Assembly (NCBI GenBank): GCA_965220965.1
Contig: OZ244852.1
Span: 2,368,001-2,432,000 of the forward strand
Direction of reading: 5' to 3'
From: Candidatus Marinacidobacterium sp.
GTDB lineage: Bacteria > Acidobacteriota > Vicinamibacteria > Marinacidobacterales > Marinacidobacteraceae
DNA length: 64,000 bases
In this document: positions 32,886 to 46,289 of the stretch, in pieces
How positions within the stretch are numbered: the first letter of the stretch is position 1
How the letters are laid out: every line of letters begins with the position of its first letter
Notes under the pieces: model-generated
Seen by the model: the letters and a program-made list of their open reading frames with translations, nothing else
Told to the model about the DNA's origin: nothing
Databases searched by the model: none
Program-made: the position numbers and the translations under genes

Positions 32886-33769
32886 AGCGGCGCGGCCTCG
32901 GACGCGGGCTGGACAGCCTTCTGCCCACGCGCCTTCCGTCGACCCCGGAGGGAGACGCCCGCGACGTGGCGATCGGGCGACTGGAACCGAACCCCGACCA
33001 GCCGCGCACGACGGTTTCGCCAACCGAGCTGAAGAGCCTCGCCGCATCCATCGCCGCGTGGGGCGTCCTCGAGCCGATTCTCGTCCGGCCTCATCAGACG
33101 CAGCCGGGCCGGTTCCAGATCATCGCCGGCGAGCGCCGCTGGCGCGCCGCCCGGCTCGCCGGGCTCGACCGTGTCCCCATCGTCCTCCGCGACACCGCGG
33201 ACCGCGACCTCGCCGTCCTGGCCCTCGTCGAGAATCTGCAGCGCCAGGATCTGAATCCGGTGGATGAGGCGCGGGCGTTCCGGCAACTGAACCAGGAAGG
33301 CGGTCTGACGCATGAAGAGATCGCCACCCAGGTGGGCTCCAGCCGGGCCGCGGTGACGAACGCGCTGCGCCTGCTGGATCTGGGCGCCGAGGCCCTCCGC
33401 CTGGTCGAGACCGGCCGCCTTCGGGCGGCGGCGGCCCGGGCGCTCCTCCCGCTGGACCGGGAGCGCCAGAAGACGCTCGCGACCGAGATCGTGGAGAAGG
33501 GTCTCCCGGTGCGAGAAGTCGAGCGCCGGGTGCGCGCGGCGGCTGGTTCCCGCGCTGGAGCGGGAGGTCGTCCGGCGCGAGCCGCGGGCGCGCGCCTCGA
33601 TGCGAACACCCGGGACGCCCAGGACCGGATGCAGCGGGCGCTCGGGCTCCCGGTCGCGATCCGCCGGCGGGGACGCGGCGGCGCGGTCAGGATCCGCTTC
33701 TTCTCCGAGGACGATCTTCACCGCGTCTTCTTGCACCTGACAACCAACGACACCCCGAACGAGGGCTAA
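32882..33769 (+). CDS. parB: Chromosome partition protein ParB/Spo0J
   Basis: GLGRGLDSLL, PNPDQPR, GERRWRA CTPase motif, ENLQRQDLNP, HTH SRAAVTNALRLL; GTG overlaps the parA stop. Confidence 0.96.
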   Translation: MKRRGLGRGLDSLLPTRLPSTPEGDARDVAIGRLEPNPDQPRTTVSPTELKSLAASIAAWGVLEPILVRPHQTQPGRFQIIAGERRWRAARLAGLDRVPIVLRDTADRDLAVLALVENLQRQDLNPVDEARAFRQLNQEGGLTHEEIATQVGSSRAAVTNALRLLDLGAEALRLVETGRLRAAAARALLPLDRERQKTLATEIVEKGLPVREVERRVRAAAGSRAGAGGRPARAAGARLDANTRDAQDRMQRALGLPVAIRRRGRGGAVRIRFFSEDDLHRVFLHLTTNDTPNEG

Positions 33770-33782
33770 TCCAGCTTGCGCC

Positions 33783-34157
33783 ATGTGGAAGAGCTCATCC
33801 AGGAACGCCCATAGCGGCTACGTTGGGGCCGGATCCCGGTGGAACGGCGTTGTGAACGCCCCCGGCCCGTTCGAGGTCAACGGCGCCTTCGAGGGAGAAC
33901 TTCACTGCGAGGATGAAGTCTCGGTGGGACGCGCCGGCGACTTCCAGGGGAAGGTGTTCGCCCGCCGGGTGGTGGTGGCGGGCATCGTCCGGGGTGAGAT
34001 CGAGGCCGCCGAAGTCGAGGTGCGCGCCGGAGGGCGGCTCCCGGACGTTCTGGTCCGGACCGCGAGCCTGTCCCTCGACCCCGAGGGCGACGCGCAGGGG
34101 GCCCGGTTTCAGGTCAGCCCGGGAGCTCTGAGGAAGGACGAAGGCGCCAGCTCCTGA
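33783..34157 (+). CDS. Bactofilin (polymer-forming cytoskeletal protein)
   Basis: Beta-helix repeats VNGAFEGEL, VSVGRAGDFQGKV, VVAGIVRGEI; typical position after parB. Confidence 0.8.
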   Translation: MWKSSSRNAHSGYVGAGSRWNGVVNAPGPFEVNGAFEGELHCEDEVSVGRAGDFQGKVFARRVVVAGIVRGEIEAAEVEVRAGGRLPDVLVRTASLSLDPEGDAQGARFQVSPGALRKDEGASS

Positions 34158-34360
34158 GCGCGGCGGCGAGGCCCCTCTGACGGGTCGGTCCGCCGCCCCG
34201 CTCGTGGTAGCCTCCCCGCGCCTGTGAGCCCGCTCCGCGGGCGGATCCGCATCGGTCCTTCTCCCCCGCGACCGCGTCCCGGAACTCCCGGTCAGCCGAT
34301 CTCCGCTTTGGCGGCGGTGACCGCGCCGCGGCGCGCCAGGAAGCGTTCCCCCTTCGTTTC

Positions 34361-34789
34361 GTGACGATCATCCCCGACCTCACCGCGCTGCTGATTTCAG
34401 CGATCGTCGTGTGTCTCGTGCTCGTGCTGAAGTCCCAGTTCTTCGAGCCGCTGGCGCAGGCGATGGAGCGTCGCGAACAGGAGCGGGCCGCATCCAGCGC
34501 CGAGCGCCAGGCCGCCGAGGGGGATGCCCGGGCCGCCGCCGACCAGACCGAGGCCGCGCTCGCCGAGGCGCGCCAATCGGGCTACGCCGAGATGGACCGC
34601 CTCCGGCGGGAAGCGGGCGAACGGGCGGATGAGCGTCTCGCCGAGGCGCGACAGGCGGTGCGTGACACGGTGGAGAGCGGTCGCCGCCAGCTTCGCGAGG
34701 AATCGGCTCGGGCTTCGGCCGAACTCGAGTCCCGGGCGGAAGAACTCGCGGACGACCTGTCGGCCCGCCTCCTGAGGAAAGCGTCGTGA
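34361..34789 (+). CDS. ATP synthase F0 subunit b'
   Basis: N-terminal TM, FFEPL...MERR, Ala/Glu/Arg coiled coil; first gene of the atp cluster. Confidence 0.85.
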   Translation: MTIIPDLTALLISAIVVCLVLVLKSQFFEPLAQAMERREQERAASSAERQAAEGDARAAADQTEAALAEARQSGYAEMDRLRREAGERADERLAEARQAVRDTVESGRRQLREESARASAELESRAEELADDLSARLLRKAS

Positions 34790-35370
34790 CGCCTCGTTGT
34801 CGGGCGGACCTTCGGCGCGCCGCCGATGGCGCGCGCGTCCTCGTCGGGAGCCTGATCCTCCTGGCGCTGCCGGTCGCGGCGTTCGCCGCTGAAGGCGAAG
34901 GATCCCCGAACATCCCCAAGGCGGTGAACTTCACCATCCTGGCGGCGATCCTCATCTACCTCCTCGGCAAGCCGGTGGGCAATCTGCTGAACGCCAAGGC
35001 CAATCAGATCCGTGAAGGGCTGGAGGCCGCGCGCGGCGACCGGGCCGCCGCCGCGGAGGCGCGCGCGCTGGCCGAGCGGCGCGAGGCGTCGCGAGACGCC
35101 GACGCCGAGGCCGCCCGGGACCGGATCCGGGAGTCCGCCGTCGCCGAAGGGCAGCGCATCATCGCGGTCGCCGAGGAACAGGCGCGGAAGCTCACCGCCG
35201 CGGCCGAGGCCGAGATCCAGGCGGAGGTTCGGGCGGCGGAGCGCCGTCTTGCGGCCAGCGCCGCGCAGGCGGCGGTTCGCGTGGCCCGGAAACGCCTCGC
35301 CACGATGTCGGATGAGGATCACGATCGTCTCGTCCAGGCCGGGATCCAGGCGATTCGATCCGGAAGCTGA
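34786..35370 (+). CDS. atpF: ATP synthase F0 subunit b
   Basis: [17 protein letters not shown] followed by a coiled coil. Confidence 0.88.
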   Translation: MTPRCRADLRRAADGARVLVGSLILLALPVAAFAAEGEGSPNIPKAVNFTILAAILIYLLGKPVGNLLNAKANQIREGLEAARGDRAAAAEARALAERREASRDADAEAARDRIRESAVAEGQRIIAVAEEQARKLTAAAEAEIQAEVRAAERRLAASAAQAAVRVARKRLATMSDEDHDRLVQAGIQAIRSGS

Positions 35371-35388
35371 CGCGGCGCGGAGTTCAGG

Positions 35389-35952
35389 ATGCGTTCCGAT
35401 CAGGTGGCCCGGCACTACGCCCGGGTCCTGCTCGAGGTGGCGGTGGCCGAAGGCGACGACCTCGACGCTCTGGCCCAGAACCTCGACGCTTTCGCGCAAA
35501 CCGTCGCCGGGACGCCGGAACTCGCGCAGGCGCTCGGGTCTCCGGCGACGCCACGCGCCCGCCGCGCGCGGCTCGCCGCCTCGGTGGCCGAGCATGTCGC
35601 CTCCGACGCGTCCGGCCTCCGTCTGGCGCGTTTCGTGGCCGTCATGGTGGAACGGGAGCGGGCCGGCGAATTCGCGGCCACCGCCCGGGCCTACCGGGCG
35701 GCGCTCGACGAACACCGGGGCGTCGTGGAGGCCGAGGTCGTCTCGGCGCGTCCCCTCGACGACGCCGGCCGCGAGGCCCTCACCAGCGCGCTCGGCGCCG
35801 TCCTCGGGGGCCAAAGCACCCGCCTCGCGTTCCGGGAAGACCCTTCGCTCCTCGGCGGGTTCACCGTTCGCGCCGGGAACCGCATCTTCGACGCCAGCAC
35901 GAGCGGCGAGCTCGACCGTTTCCTCGCCGCGCACGGAGCGGCCGGACACTGA
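35389..35952 (+). CDS. atpH: ATP synthase delta subunit
   Basis: [30 protein letters not shown]. Confidence 0.92.
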   Translation: MRSDQVARHYARVLLEVAVAEGDDLDALAQNLDAFAQTVAGTPELAQALGSPATPRARRARLAASVAEHVASDASGLRLARFVAVMVERERAGEFAATARAYRAALDEHRGVVEAEVVSARPLDDAGREALTSALGAVLGGQSTRLAFREDPSLLGGFTVRAGNRIFDASTSGELDRFLAAHGAAGH

Positions 35953-35986
35953 CCCTCCACAACCCTTCCGTAAAGCCCAGCACCTC

Positions 35987-37516
<1,530 letters not shown>

Positions 37517-37539
37517 GTCCGGCGTCCTGAACGAACCCG

Positions 37540-39862
<2,323 letters not shown>

Positions 39863-39910
39863 TCCGGAGCAGACCACCCACAGCGCAGGCGCACATCAAA
39901 CGGAACGGAC

Positions 39911-40327
39911 ATGAGCGAAAGCAGGCTCCGGCTCGAGGTCATCACCCCGGGAGGTGTGGTGTTCCGCGACGAGGTGGACTACGTGGAAGCCCCGGGGGTG
40001 CTCGGGTTCTTCGGGATCCTGCCCGGCCACGCGCCGTTCCTGAGCCAGATCGGCAGCGGGCGACTCCAGGTGCATCAAGGCGAGGAGCGCCACAACCTTT
40101 CGGTGCACTGGGGCTTCCTCGAGGTCCACGACGACGAGGTCATCGTGTTGACCGAGACCGCCGAGCAGGCCGATGACATCGAGCTCGCGGACGGAGCGAC
40201 CGCCATCCAGCGGGCCCGGTCGCGGCAGGAGGAGTTCGGCACGGCCTACGGCGGCGCCGGCGCGAGGGCGGCCGACGATGGCCCGGACGATCCCGGCGCC
40301 TCGGCCGACGAAGCCGGAACCGGCTGA
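39911..40327 (+). CDS. atpC: ATP synthase epsilon subunit
   Basis: LEVITP, GILPGHAP, GFLEV; atypical acidic tail. Confidence 0.93.
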   Translation: MSESRLRLEVITPGGVVFRDEVDYVEAPGVLGFFGILPGHAPFLSQIGSGRLQVHQGEERHNLSVHWGFLEVHDDEVIVLTETAEQADDIELADGATAIQRARSRQEEFGTAYGGAGARAADDGPDDPGASADEAGTG

Positions 40328-40382
40328 GTCCTCGGCCGACCCCGGAACCCCGGCCCGGCGCGGCCGCCATAGAATGGGGCGA

Positions 40383-40925
40383 GTGCCCTCCCTCCCGCTT
40401 TCTCTACGTTCCCGGGGGTTCCGCGCCGCGGCGCTGTTTGCGGCGGCCCTCCTCGCGCCGGCTGCCCTCGGCTCCACGAGCCCGTCCCCCGGCGACTCAC
40501 CGTCCGGGCTCACCGTGGTTGAGGTCGCCTTCCACGCAGATCCGACCGCAGCCGGGGCCACCGGTCTCGCCGAGCCCCGTCTCGTGCTGCGCGCCCCGCG
40601 CCAGCTTCGGCTCCGGCCGAGGATGCCCGGAGAGTCGCGGCGTCCGTCGCTCGACGTTCGGGTGAGCGCCCGCCTCGAGAACCTGGAGGAGGCCGAGAAT
40701 CCGGAGGACTACTACTGCCTCGAAGAGGTGTGGGACTGGGACGACGACACCGAGTCGGTCTACGAGCCCGACTGCGATCCCTACGAACCGGGGGCTGACA
40801 TCGAGACCTACTTCTTCAACAGCCACCGTTTCTCGCTGCCCGGCACCTACCGCGTCTACCTCCGCCTCCAGCGTTCCGGCGAGACGGTGATCGCCGGCAA
40901 CATCTCGGTCCGCATCGCGAACTGA
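40383..40925 (+). CDS. Secreted hypothetical protein with PKD/Ig-like C-terminal domain
   Basis: Signal peptide, YYC...WDWDD...DC, HRFSLPGTYRVYL (PKD-like HxYxxPGxYxVxL). Start is 40383 or 40374. Confidence 0.65.
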   Translation: MPSLPLSLRSRGFRAAALFAAALLAPAALGSTSPSPGDSPSGLTVVEVAFHADPTAAGATGLAEPRLVLRAPRQLRLRPRMPGESRRPSLDVRVSARLENLEEAENPEDYYCLEEVWDWDDDTESVYEPDCDPYEPGADIETYFFNSHRFSLPGTYRVYLRLQRSGETVIAGNISVRIAN

Positions 40926-41010
40926 GGCTGGGGACGGGGCCGCTCTCACGTCGCCGCCGAGCTTGGCTGAGCGGGTCAGGCGGCTTACGACTCCGGGAAA
41001 GGACCGAACG

Positions 41011-41484
41011 ATGCGAGGACTGGCGCTTTTCGTTGCGCTAATGATGGCGGCGCCGCCGGTGGCTGGCGGGGCGGTCCTGCCTCCGGTCGAACCGTCCGGC
41101 GAACCTCCCTCCCTGCTGGAGGCCGCGGAGGTCGGGGCCGCCAGCGGGGCGTGGCGGGCGCAGAACACCGCCACGATCACGACCGGGCTGATCCGGGAGG
41201 ACGACAAGCGCCGGAGTGCGATCGCCTTCGCGCTCAGCGGCGCGCTGGCGCTCGCCGGAGCCGGTCTGTGGCGGTGGATCCCGTGCCGCAACGCCTCCGC
41301 CACCGACACGAGCTCGACCGGTGCCGCGAAGTACAACAAGTGCTTCACTCCCGATGGCGACCGCCGCCCCTTCGACCCTCCCACGAAGTACATGCTCGCC
41401 GCCGGCATCGGTCTCGAGGTCGTCTCGCTGGTCTACCTGATCGCGCACCTCAGGAGCGACGACGGCGACGACCCCCAGCCGTAG
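41011..41484 (+). CDS. Hypothetical membrane protein, paralog 1
   Basis: SD AAGGA then ATG; signal peptide, two hydrophobic helices flanking a Cys-bounded loop; homologous to the next gene. Confidence 0.75.
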   Translation: MRGLALFVALMMAAPPVAGGAVLPPVEPSGEPPSLLEAAEVGAASGAWRAQNTATITTGLIREDDKRRSAIAFALSGALALAGAGLWRWIPCRNASATDTSSTGAAKYNKCFTPDGDRRPFDPPTKYMLAAGIGLEVVSLVYLIAHLRSDDGDDPQP

Positions 41485-41753
41485 CCCGCTCGAATCTCCC
41501 GCCCCGCGGATGACCTCCGTGGCCCGGCGAAGGACCACTCCGAAGGACTCCCCATGAAGCAAGCCGTCGCGCTCCTCATCGTGATCACCCTGGTGGCGCC
41601 GCCGGTCTCCGCCAGCGCGCGTTCCGCTCCGGGCCCGGCGCCATCGGTCAGCCTTCTGGAAGCCGCCGAGGCCGCAGCCGCGACCGGGGCGTGGCGGGCG
41701 CAGAACACCGCCACGATCACGACCGGGCTGATCCGGGAGGACGACAAGCGCCG
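41145..41753 (+). repeat. 69-bp perfect direct repeat (41145-41213 = 41685-41753) within the tandem paralogs
   Basis: CGGGGCGTGGCGGGCGCAGAACACCGCCACGATCACGACCGGGCTGATCCGGGAGGACGACAAGCGCCG occurs twice, 540 bp apart. Confidence 0.92.
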
Positions 41754-42045
41754 CAGCGCGATCGCCTTCGCCATCAGCGGCGGACTGGCGTTTGCGGGCG
41801 CTTTCCTGTGGCGTTGGCTCCCGTGCCGGGGCACCGGCCCCGGAGAGGGCCAGGAGGTCGGCGGCGTTCCGCAATTGGGCTACAACAAGTGCTACACCCC
41901 CGAGGGTGAACGACGGGGATTCGAAACGCCGACCAAGGCGCTGCTGGCCGCCGGGGTTGGCCTGGAGCTCGTTTCTCTCGCCTACTGGATCGCCCACCGC
42001 CGGTCACAGAACGACCAGGCGGACGACGACCAGCAGCAGCCGTAA
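41554..42045 (+). CDS. Hypothetical membrane protein, paralog 2
   Basis: SD AAGGA then ATG; same architecture as 41011..41484. Confidence 0.75.
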   Translation: MKQAVALLIVITLVAPPVSASARSAPGPAPSVSLLEAAEAAAATGAWRAQNTATITTGLIREDDKRRSAIAFAISGGLAFAGAFLWRWLPCRGTGPGEGQEVGGVPQLGYNKCYTPEGERRGFETPTKALLAAGVGLELVSLAYWIAHRRSQNDQADDDQQQP

Positions 42046-42082
42046 GGCCGCGCCGCGGCGAGACTCCGGGCGCGCGAAACCC

Positions 42083-42637
42083 TTACCGCAGCCCCAGCAA
42101 GGTCTGTAGACGCCGCAGTGCGGTGCTCAAATCGCCGCCATGTGCTCCCATCCAGGGATGCACCTTCGCTGGCGACACACTGAGCCATGCGGTGTCGCGC
42201 CCCGCGGCGCCACCGTGTTGATGGGAAAGTCCGGCGAGGACGCCGGTGTTCGACATCAGGAAGTCCTTCTCGAACACCCATGCGTGCGCGGCAAACGGAG
42301 ACACTCCCAGACAGATCAGGATCCGATAGTTCTGATCCCGGATCTGCTGGAACCGGTAGACACCGGTGGCCCAAAGCGTGGAGAACTTGATCTCGGCCCG
42401 AACTCCCTCCAGGATCCGGTCCGCCTCCTGGTCCGGTGAACGAAGGACGTTGATACCCCGGGCGGCGCACCACCCCGCGACCAGATTCTCGCCGATCGCT
42501 CCTTTGCGACGGGACTGCTGGCGCTTGATCCAGGCGAAAGGGCTCTGCGACCAGATCAGATCCCTCTCGGTCTGGTAGTCGCCCTTCAGCCCCTCCGCCA
42601 GCCCGGCCAGCAACTGGACTTCGGGATCGCCGATCAT
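42083..42637 (-). CDS. Putative Type II restriction endonuclease (PD-(D/E)xK)
   Basis: KGAIGE...ADRIL...AEIKFS pattern and FQQIRDQNY; ATGA overlap with the upstream MTase stop. Confidence 0.65.
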   Translation of the reverse strand: MIGDPEVQLLAGLAEGLKGDYQTERDLIWSQSPFAWIKRQQSRRKGAIGENLVAGWCAARGINVLRSPDQEADRILEGVRAEIKFSTLWATGVYRFQQIRDQNYRILICLGVSPFAAHAWVFEKDFLMSNTGVLAGLSHQHGGAAGRDTAWLSVSPAKVHPWMGAHGGDLSTALRRLQTLLGLR

Positions 42638-43548
42638 GCGGCCGAGCCGTTGCATGCCGCAGCAAAGAGGCTCGGCGCCGCCGGTTGGACACGAGGCGCT
42701 TCGAAACCAACGGTCTCCGCGCCATAGGTCGCCAGGCGCGTCGCCATGACGCGCGCGGCCTCCGGACTCGAGTCAATCAGCAGGTAGTCCCGACCGTGGA
42801 GAGCCGCGGCTTCCCCCGTCGTTCCAGAGCCCGCGAAGAAGTCCACCACCAGGTCTCCCGGATTTGAGTGGACCTTGACGATGCGCTCCAGGACGCCCAG
42901 CGGCTTCTGTGTCGGGTATCCGGTCTTTTCCCGGCCCGTCGGGCTCACGATAGTGTGCCACCACACATCCGTCGGCGTCTTTCCCCGGGCGGCCTTTTCC
43001 TTTCCGACCAGCCCCGGCGCCATGTAGGGAATCCGGTCCATCTCATCGAAATGGAACGTGTAGGCGGCGGGATCCACGGCGTACCAGAGGATCGTGTCGT
43101 GTTTCGCGGACCACCTGCGTTTCGAGCGGGCGCCGTAGTCGTAGGCCCAGATGATCTCGTTCATGAAGGAGTCCCGCCCGAAGATCCCGTCTAGCAGCAC
43201 TTTGCAGTAGTGGGCCTCGCGATAGTCGATGTGGAGGAAGAACGATCCGGTTGGCTCGAGGAGCCGACGGGCTTCCCGGAGGCGGGGCTCGAGGAAGCCA
43301 AGGTAGTCGTCGTGGCGGTCCTCGTAGCCGCTCCGGCCAACCACTTCGGTTCGGTAACGCTCCCCCTGGAAGCCCGTGCGGTCGCCGTTCCTGTCGCGTG
43401 CGACCCGGATGCGGGTGCGACTCTGGGTCCTGCCGGTGTTGAACGGAGGATCGATGTAGATCAGTCCCACGCTGCCGGCGGTCATCTCCCGGAGCACCGG
43501 GAGGTTGTCCGACAGGATGATCCGACCGTTCGATCGTCGGGACTTCAT
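42634..43548 (-). CDS. Site-specific DNA methyltransferase (N6A/N4C, beta class)
   Basis: YIDPPF (motif IV), then YPTQKP and DFFAGSGTT (motif I). Confidence 0.92.
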   Translation of the reverse strand: MKSRRSNGRIILSDNLPVLREMTAGSVGLIYIDPPFNTGRTQSRTRIRVARDRNGDRTGFQGERYRTEVVGRSGYEDRHDDYLGFLEPRLREARRLLEPTGSFFLHIDYREAHYCKVLLDGIFGRDSFMNEIIWAYDYGARSKRRWSAKHDTILWYAVDPAAYTFHFDEMDRIPYMAPGLVGKEKAARGKTPTDVWWHTIVSPTGREKTGYPTQKPLGVLERIVKVHSNPGDLVVDFFAGSGTTGEAAALHGRDYLLIDSSPEAARVMATRLATYGAETVGFEAPRVQPAAPSLFAAACNGSAA

Positions 43549-43670
43549 CGGCTCAGCGGGCGTTCTCCGGCTGTGGACCGGATGCGTGCTCTCGCGCGCG
43601 CTCCCACCCGCGCCACCGAGGGTAGCACCGAGCTGGAGCCGCGCCTCGACCATACCGCGGCGGCCCGGTT

Positions 43671-46289
43671 TCAGGTTGGCGCGCCAGCGTCGCCCGGAAC
43701 CTCCACGACAGTCGCCATCTCGGCCTGGGTGTGGGTCACGATGCGGACACAGATCTGGCCGCTCGCGGGCGTCGGAAACGGCGTGCTCGTGAGCGAGAAC
43801 ATGGCTTCCTGCGCGTGGGGGTCAACGCGAGACTCCAGCCTCTTCAGCATCCGCCGGATCTGACGGTCCTGCTCTCCGCCGGGGAAGTGCATCCGGTGGG
43901 CGAAAAAGGACTGGCCGTCGTAGTCGGTGTCCAGCATCCAGCAACTGATGTCCTCGGGCTTACCTGCGCGCAGGTTGCCGGTGGTGGGGTCGAACACGTC
44001 GAAGCCCAGGACCTCGCAGGTCCAGTAGCCCGCCGGACGCGGAGCCGCCACGACCTGCACATCGGGCTCGCCGACGAGCACGAAGGCATGATCGTGCTGG
44101 CTGTCCTTCAGGTTGCCGATCGTCAGATCGCGGTTCGCCTGGGCGCGCAGCACCTGGAGGCGGCCCCGCTGTTCCAGGCCCGCGCCGGTTCCCGTCTCGA
44201 ACCCGAACGCGATTACGAGAAGGGTGGTGACGTCGCCGTCGCCGATCTGGACGGCTTCGTTCGCCGCGCGGGTCACGAGCGTCCCGGAGGCGGTGATGTC
44301 GTCTGGCAGGATCGCTACGGCGACACGGGCCCCCTGGCGCTCACCGCTCGAGGCCTGGGTGGCCAGATGGGTGACGAGTCGTCCGCCGGACCAGGCCTCG
44401 AGATCGCTCAGCCGTAGGCGTTGTCGCTGACCGGGGACGACCACGCCAGCGGAAACAAGGGCGTCCCTAACGGCGGTAACGGCGTCCGAGTCCAGGCGCT
44501 GGGCCGTGAGCCCATCGGACCCGGCGGGGAGGTATCGGTAGGGCGACTCGCTCTCCACCGTGAACGGGGAAGAGACGCGCAGGACGCCTCTCTTCCGGAG
44601 CGGTTGGTTGACGAGCAGCGTGGGGTCACGCGGCTTGTCGTAGGCCATACTGGCGGCGCTGACGCTCGGGACGCGTTCGTAGACGAATCCGAGCGCCGGA
44701 TCGTGGCGATACGACGGCGCCAAACCGGACGTGGATGGTTCGGACTTTGAGAGTGAGAGAGAGGGTTCCGCCTCTCGCAGCCTTTTCTCCTCGACCTCGC
44801 CCTCCGGAGAATCCCGCAGCAGGTAGTACGGATGGATGGCGGTCGCGAGCCGCTGCCGCGCCAGCGCGATCGGGACGCCGGCGGCGTCGCAGGTGATCCA
44901 GCGCCTCCCCCAGCGTTCGGCCACCAGCGCGGTCGTTCCGGACCCGCAGGTTATGTCCAGCACCAGGTCGCCGGGCGCCGTGGCCATGAGGATGCAACGC
45001 TCCAGAACGGACTCGGCTGTCTCGACCACATAGTGCAGGTCGTTCGGCGGCATCTGGATGTGCCAGAGGTTGGTGATCGGACGCCCTGGGATTTCATCGG
45101 CGTACCACTTCCAACTGAGGCGGTCACCGGTGGCAACCAGCCGGTTTCTGGTGGCGAGTCGTTCCAGTCCCAGATGACTGACGCTCCAGTGCCTGCCCGA
45201 ATCACACGGGAAGTCGCGACCCCGCCAACGAAACGCCTCGGAGCGACCCGTCGTGGATGGGTTCAGGGAAGTGAGTCGCTGCCGTCGAAATGTCCGTGAC
45301 CCTTGGGGTAATGCGCTTTCGGGGGACTCCCGCTCGTCGGATGTCAGCGCGCGCACCGTCCCATCGGCCAGCTCCACCATCGCGTACGAGCTCATGTGCT
45401 CGATCTTCTCTTTCAGATTCAGCGGCTCATAGAGCTGGAAGAACCTGAGCGCCGGCTTCTCCTTTGCGTACCAGAGCAGATAGTCCGCGACCTCCGGTAG
45501 CGTCTTCGACGAACTTCCACCGGTCTTGGCGAACGAGATCGTGGCGACGCGGTTCTCCGCTCCGAACACCTCGTCGAGCACGACGGCCAAGCGGTGAACG
45601 TTCGCCGCGCCGATCTGCAGGAACAGGCTCCCCGATTCGTGGAGCAGCGCATGAATCAGCCGCGTATTCCTCCAGATGTTGTCCAGATACGAATGGATCC
45701 CGTTCCTGTAGGTGTCCCGAAACGCCTGCACCATGCCGGGGTCACCGGGAATGTCTTTCGCGCCCTCCTTGACGCTCCGGCTCCGCGTTGACGGCTGGAA
45801 ATTGCTCTGGAAGGAGATCCCGTACGGGGGGTCGTAGAAGACCATCTGGACTCGCCCCGCGAGCCCCTCGCGCCGAGCGAGCGAGGCCATGACCCGACGG
45901 GAGTCCCCCCGGATGAGCCGGTTCTGCCAGTTGCCTCGGTGCTGGTACCACTCGTAGGCGGCGCTCGTCGGAAGGTTGTTGTAGGCGTCCCGGAAGAGGA
46001 ACTGGACCTCTCGCCGGTCGGCCGGCGTCCGCGTCAGCGAGTCGATGAAGCTCTTGGGATGGATCTTCTCGTGGATGTAGAGCGGATGGGCGTCGACGGT
46101 GAAGTCCTCGGCGTCCTCCCGGCCCCAAGACAGTCGAGGTCCTTCCGGGTTCCGGGACGGCGGGGAGTAGGGGATCGGCTGGCGGTCGTCCTCGGTCATG
46201 AAGGGCGCGGTCTCCTCGGTGGGAAGGTTGGTTCGCCGCGCGGATGGATGGTCGTACGAATCTGGGGGCTTTGCTCTCTTCCTGGCCAT
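43671..46289 (-). CDS. mod: Type III restriction-modification methylase (Mod)
   Basis: NRLIRGDS, YDPPYGI, LDEVFG, DITCGSGTT, WGRRWI, WMLDTDYDG; start abuts the res stop. Confidence 0.88.
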   Translation of the reverse strand: MARKRAKPPDSYDHPSARRTNLPTEETAPFMTEDDRQPIPYSPPSRNPEGPRLSWGREDAEDFTVDAHPLYIHEKIHPKSFIDSLTRTPADRREVQFLFRDAYNNLPTSAAYEWYQHRGNWQNRLIRGDSRRVMASLARREGLAGRVQMVFYDPPYGISFQSNFQPSTRSRSVKEGAKDIPGDPGMVQAFRDTYRNGIHSYLDNIWRNTRLIHALLHESGSLFLQIGAANVHRLAVVLDEVFGAENRVATISFAKTGGSSSKTLPEVADYLLWYAKEKPALRFFQLYEPLNLKEKIEHMSSYAMVELADGTVRALTSDERESPESALPQGSRTFRRQRLTSLNPSTTGRSEAFRWRGRDFPCDSGRHWSVSHLGLERLATRNRLVATGDRLSWKWYADEIPGRPITNLWHIQMPPNDLHYVVETAESVLERCILMATAPGDLVLDITCGSGTTALVAERWGRRWITCDAAGVPIALARQRLATAIHPYYLLRDSPEGEVEEKRLREAEPSLSLSKSEPSTSGLAPSYRHDPALGFVYERVPSVSAASMAYDKPRDPTLLVNQPLRKRGVLRVSSPFTVESESPYRYLPAGSDGLTAQRLDSDAVTAVRDALVSAGVVVPGQRQRLRLSDLEAWSGGRLVTHLATQASSGERQGARVAVAILPDDITASGTLVTRAANEAVQIGDGDVTTLLVIAFGFETGTGAGLEQRGRLQVLRAQANRDLTIGNLKDSQHDHAFVLVGEPDVQVVAAPRPAGYWTCEVLGFDVFDPTTGNLRAGKPEDISCWMLDTDYDGQSFFAHRMHFPGGEQDRQIRRMLKRLESRVDPHAQEAMFSLTSTPFPTPASGQICVRIVTHTQAEMATVVEVPGDAGAPT

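Noticed and set aside
41145-41753. 69-bp direct repeat as CRISPR or DGR template/variable repeat
   Set aside because: Only two copies, both in-frame within paralogous genes; no cas or reverse transcriptase gene, and no adenine-specific mismatches.
44748-44766. (CT)n-like tract in the Type III mod gene, suggesting phase variation
   Set aside because: Only about four uninterrupted units and the gene is in frame; too short for a credible slippage tract.
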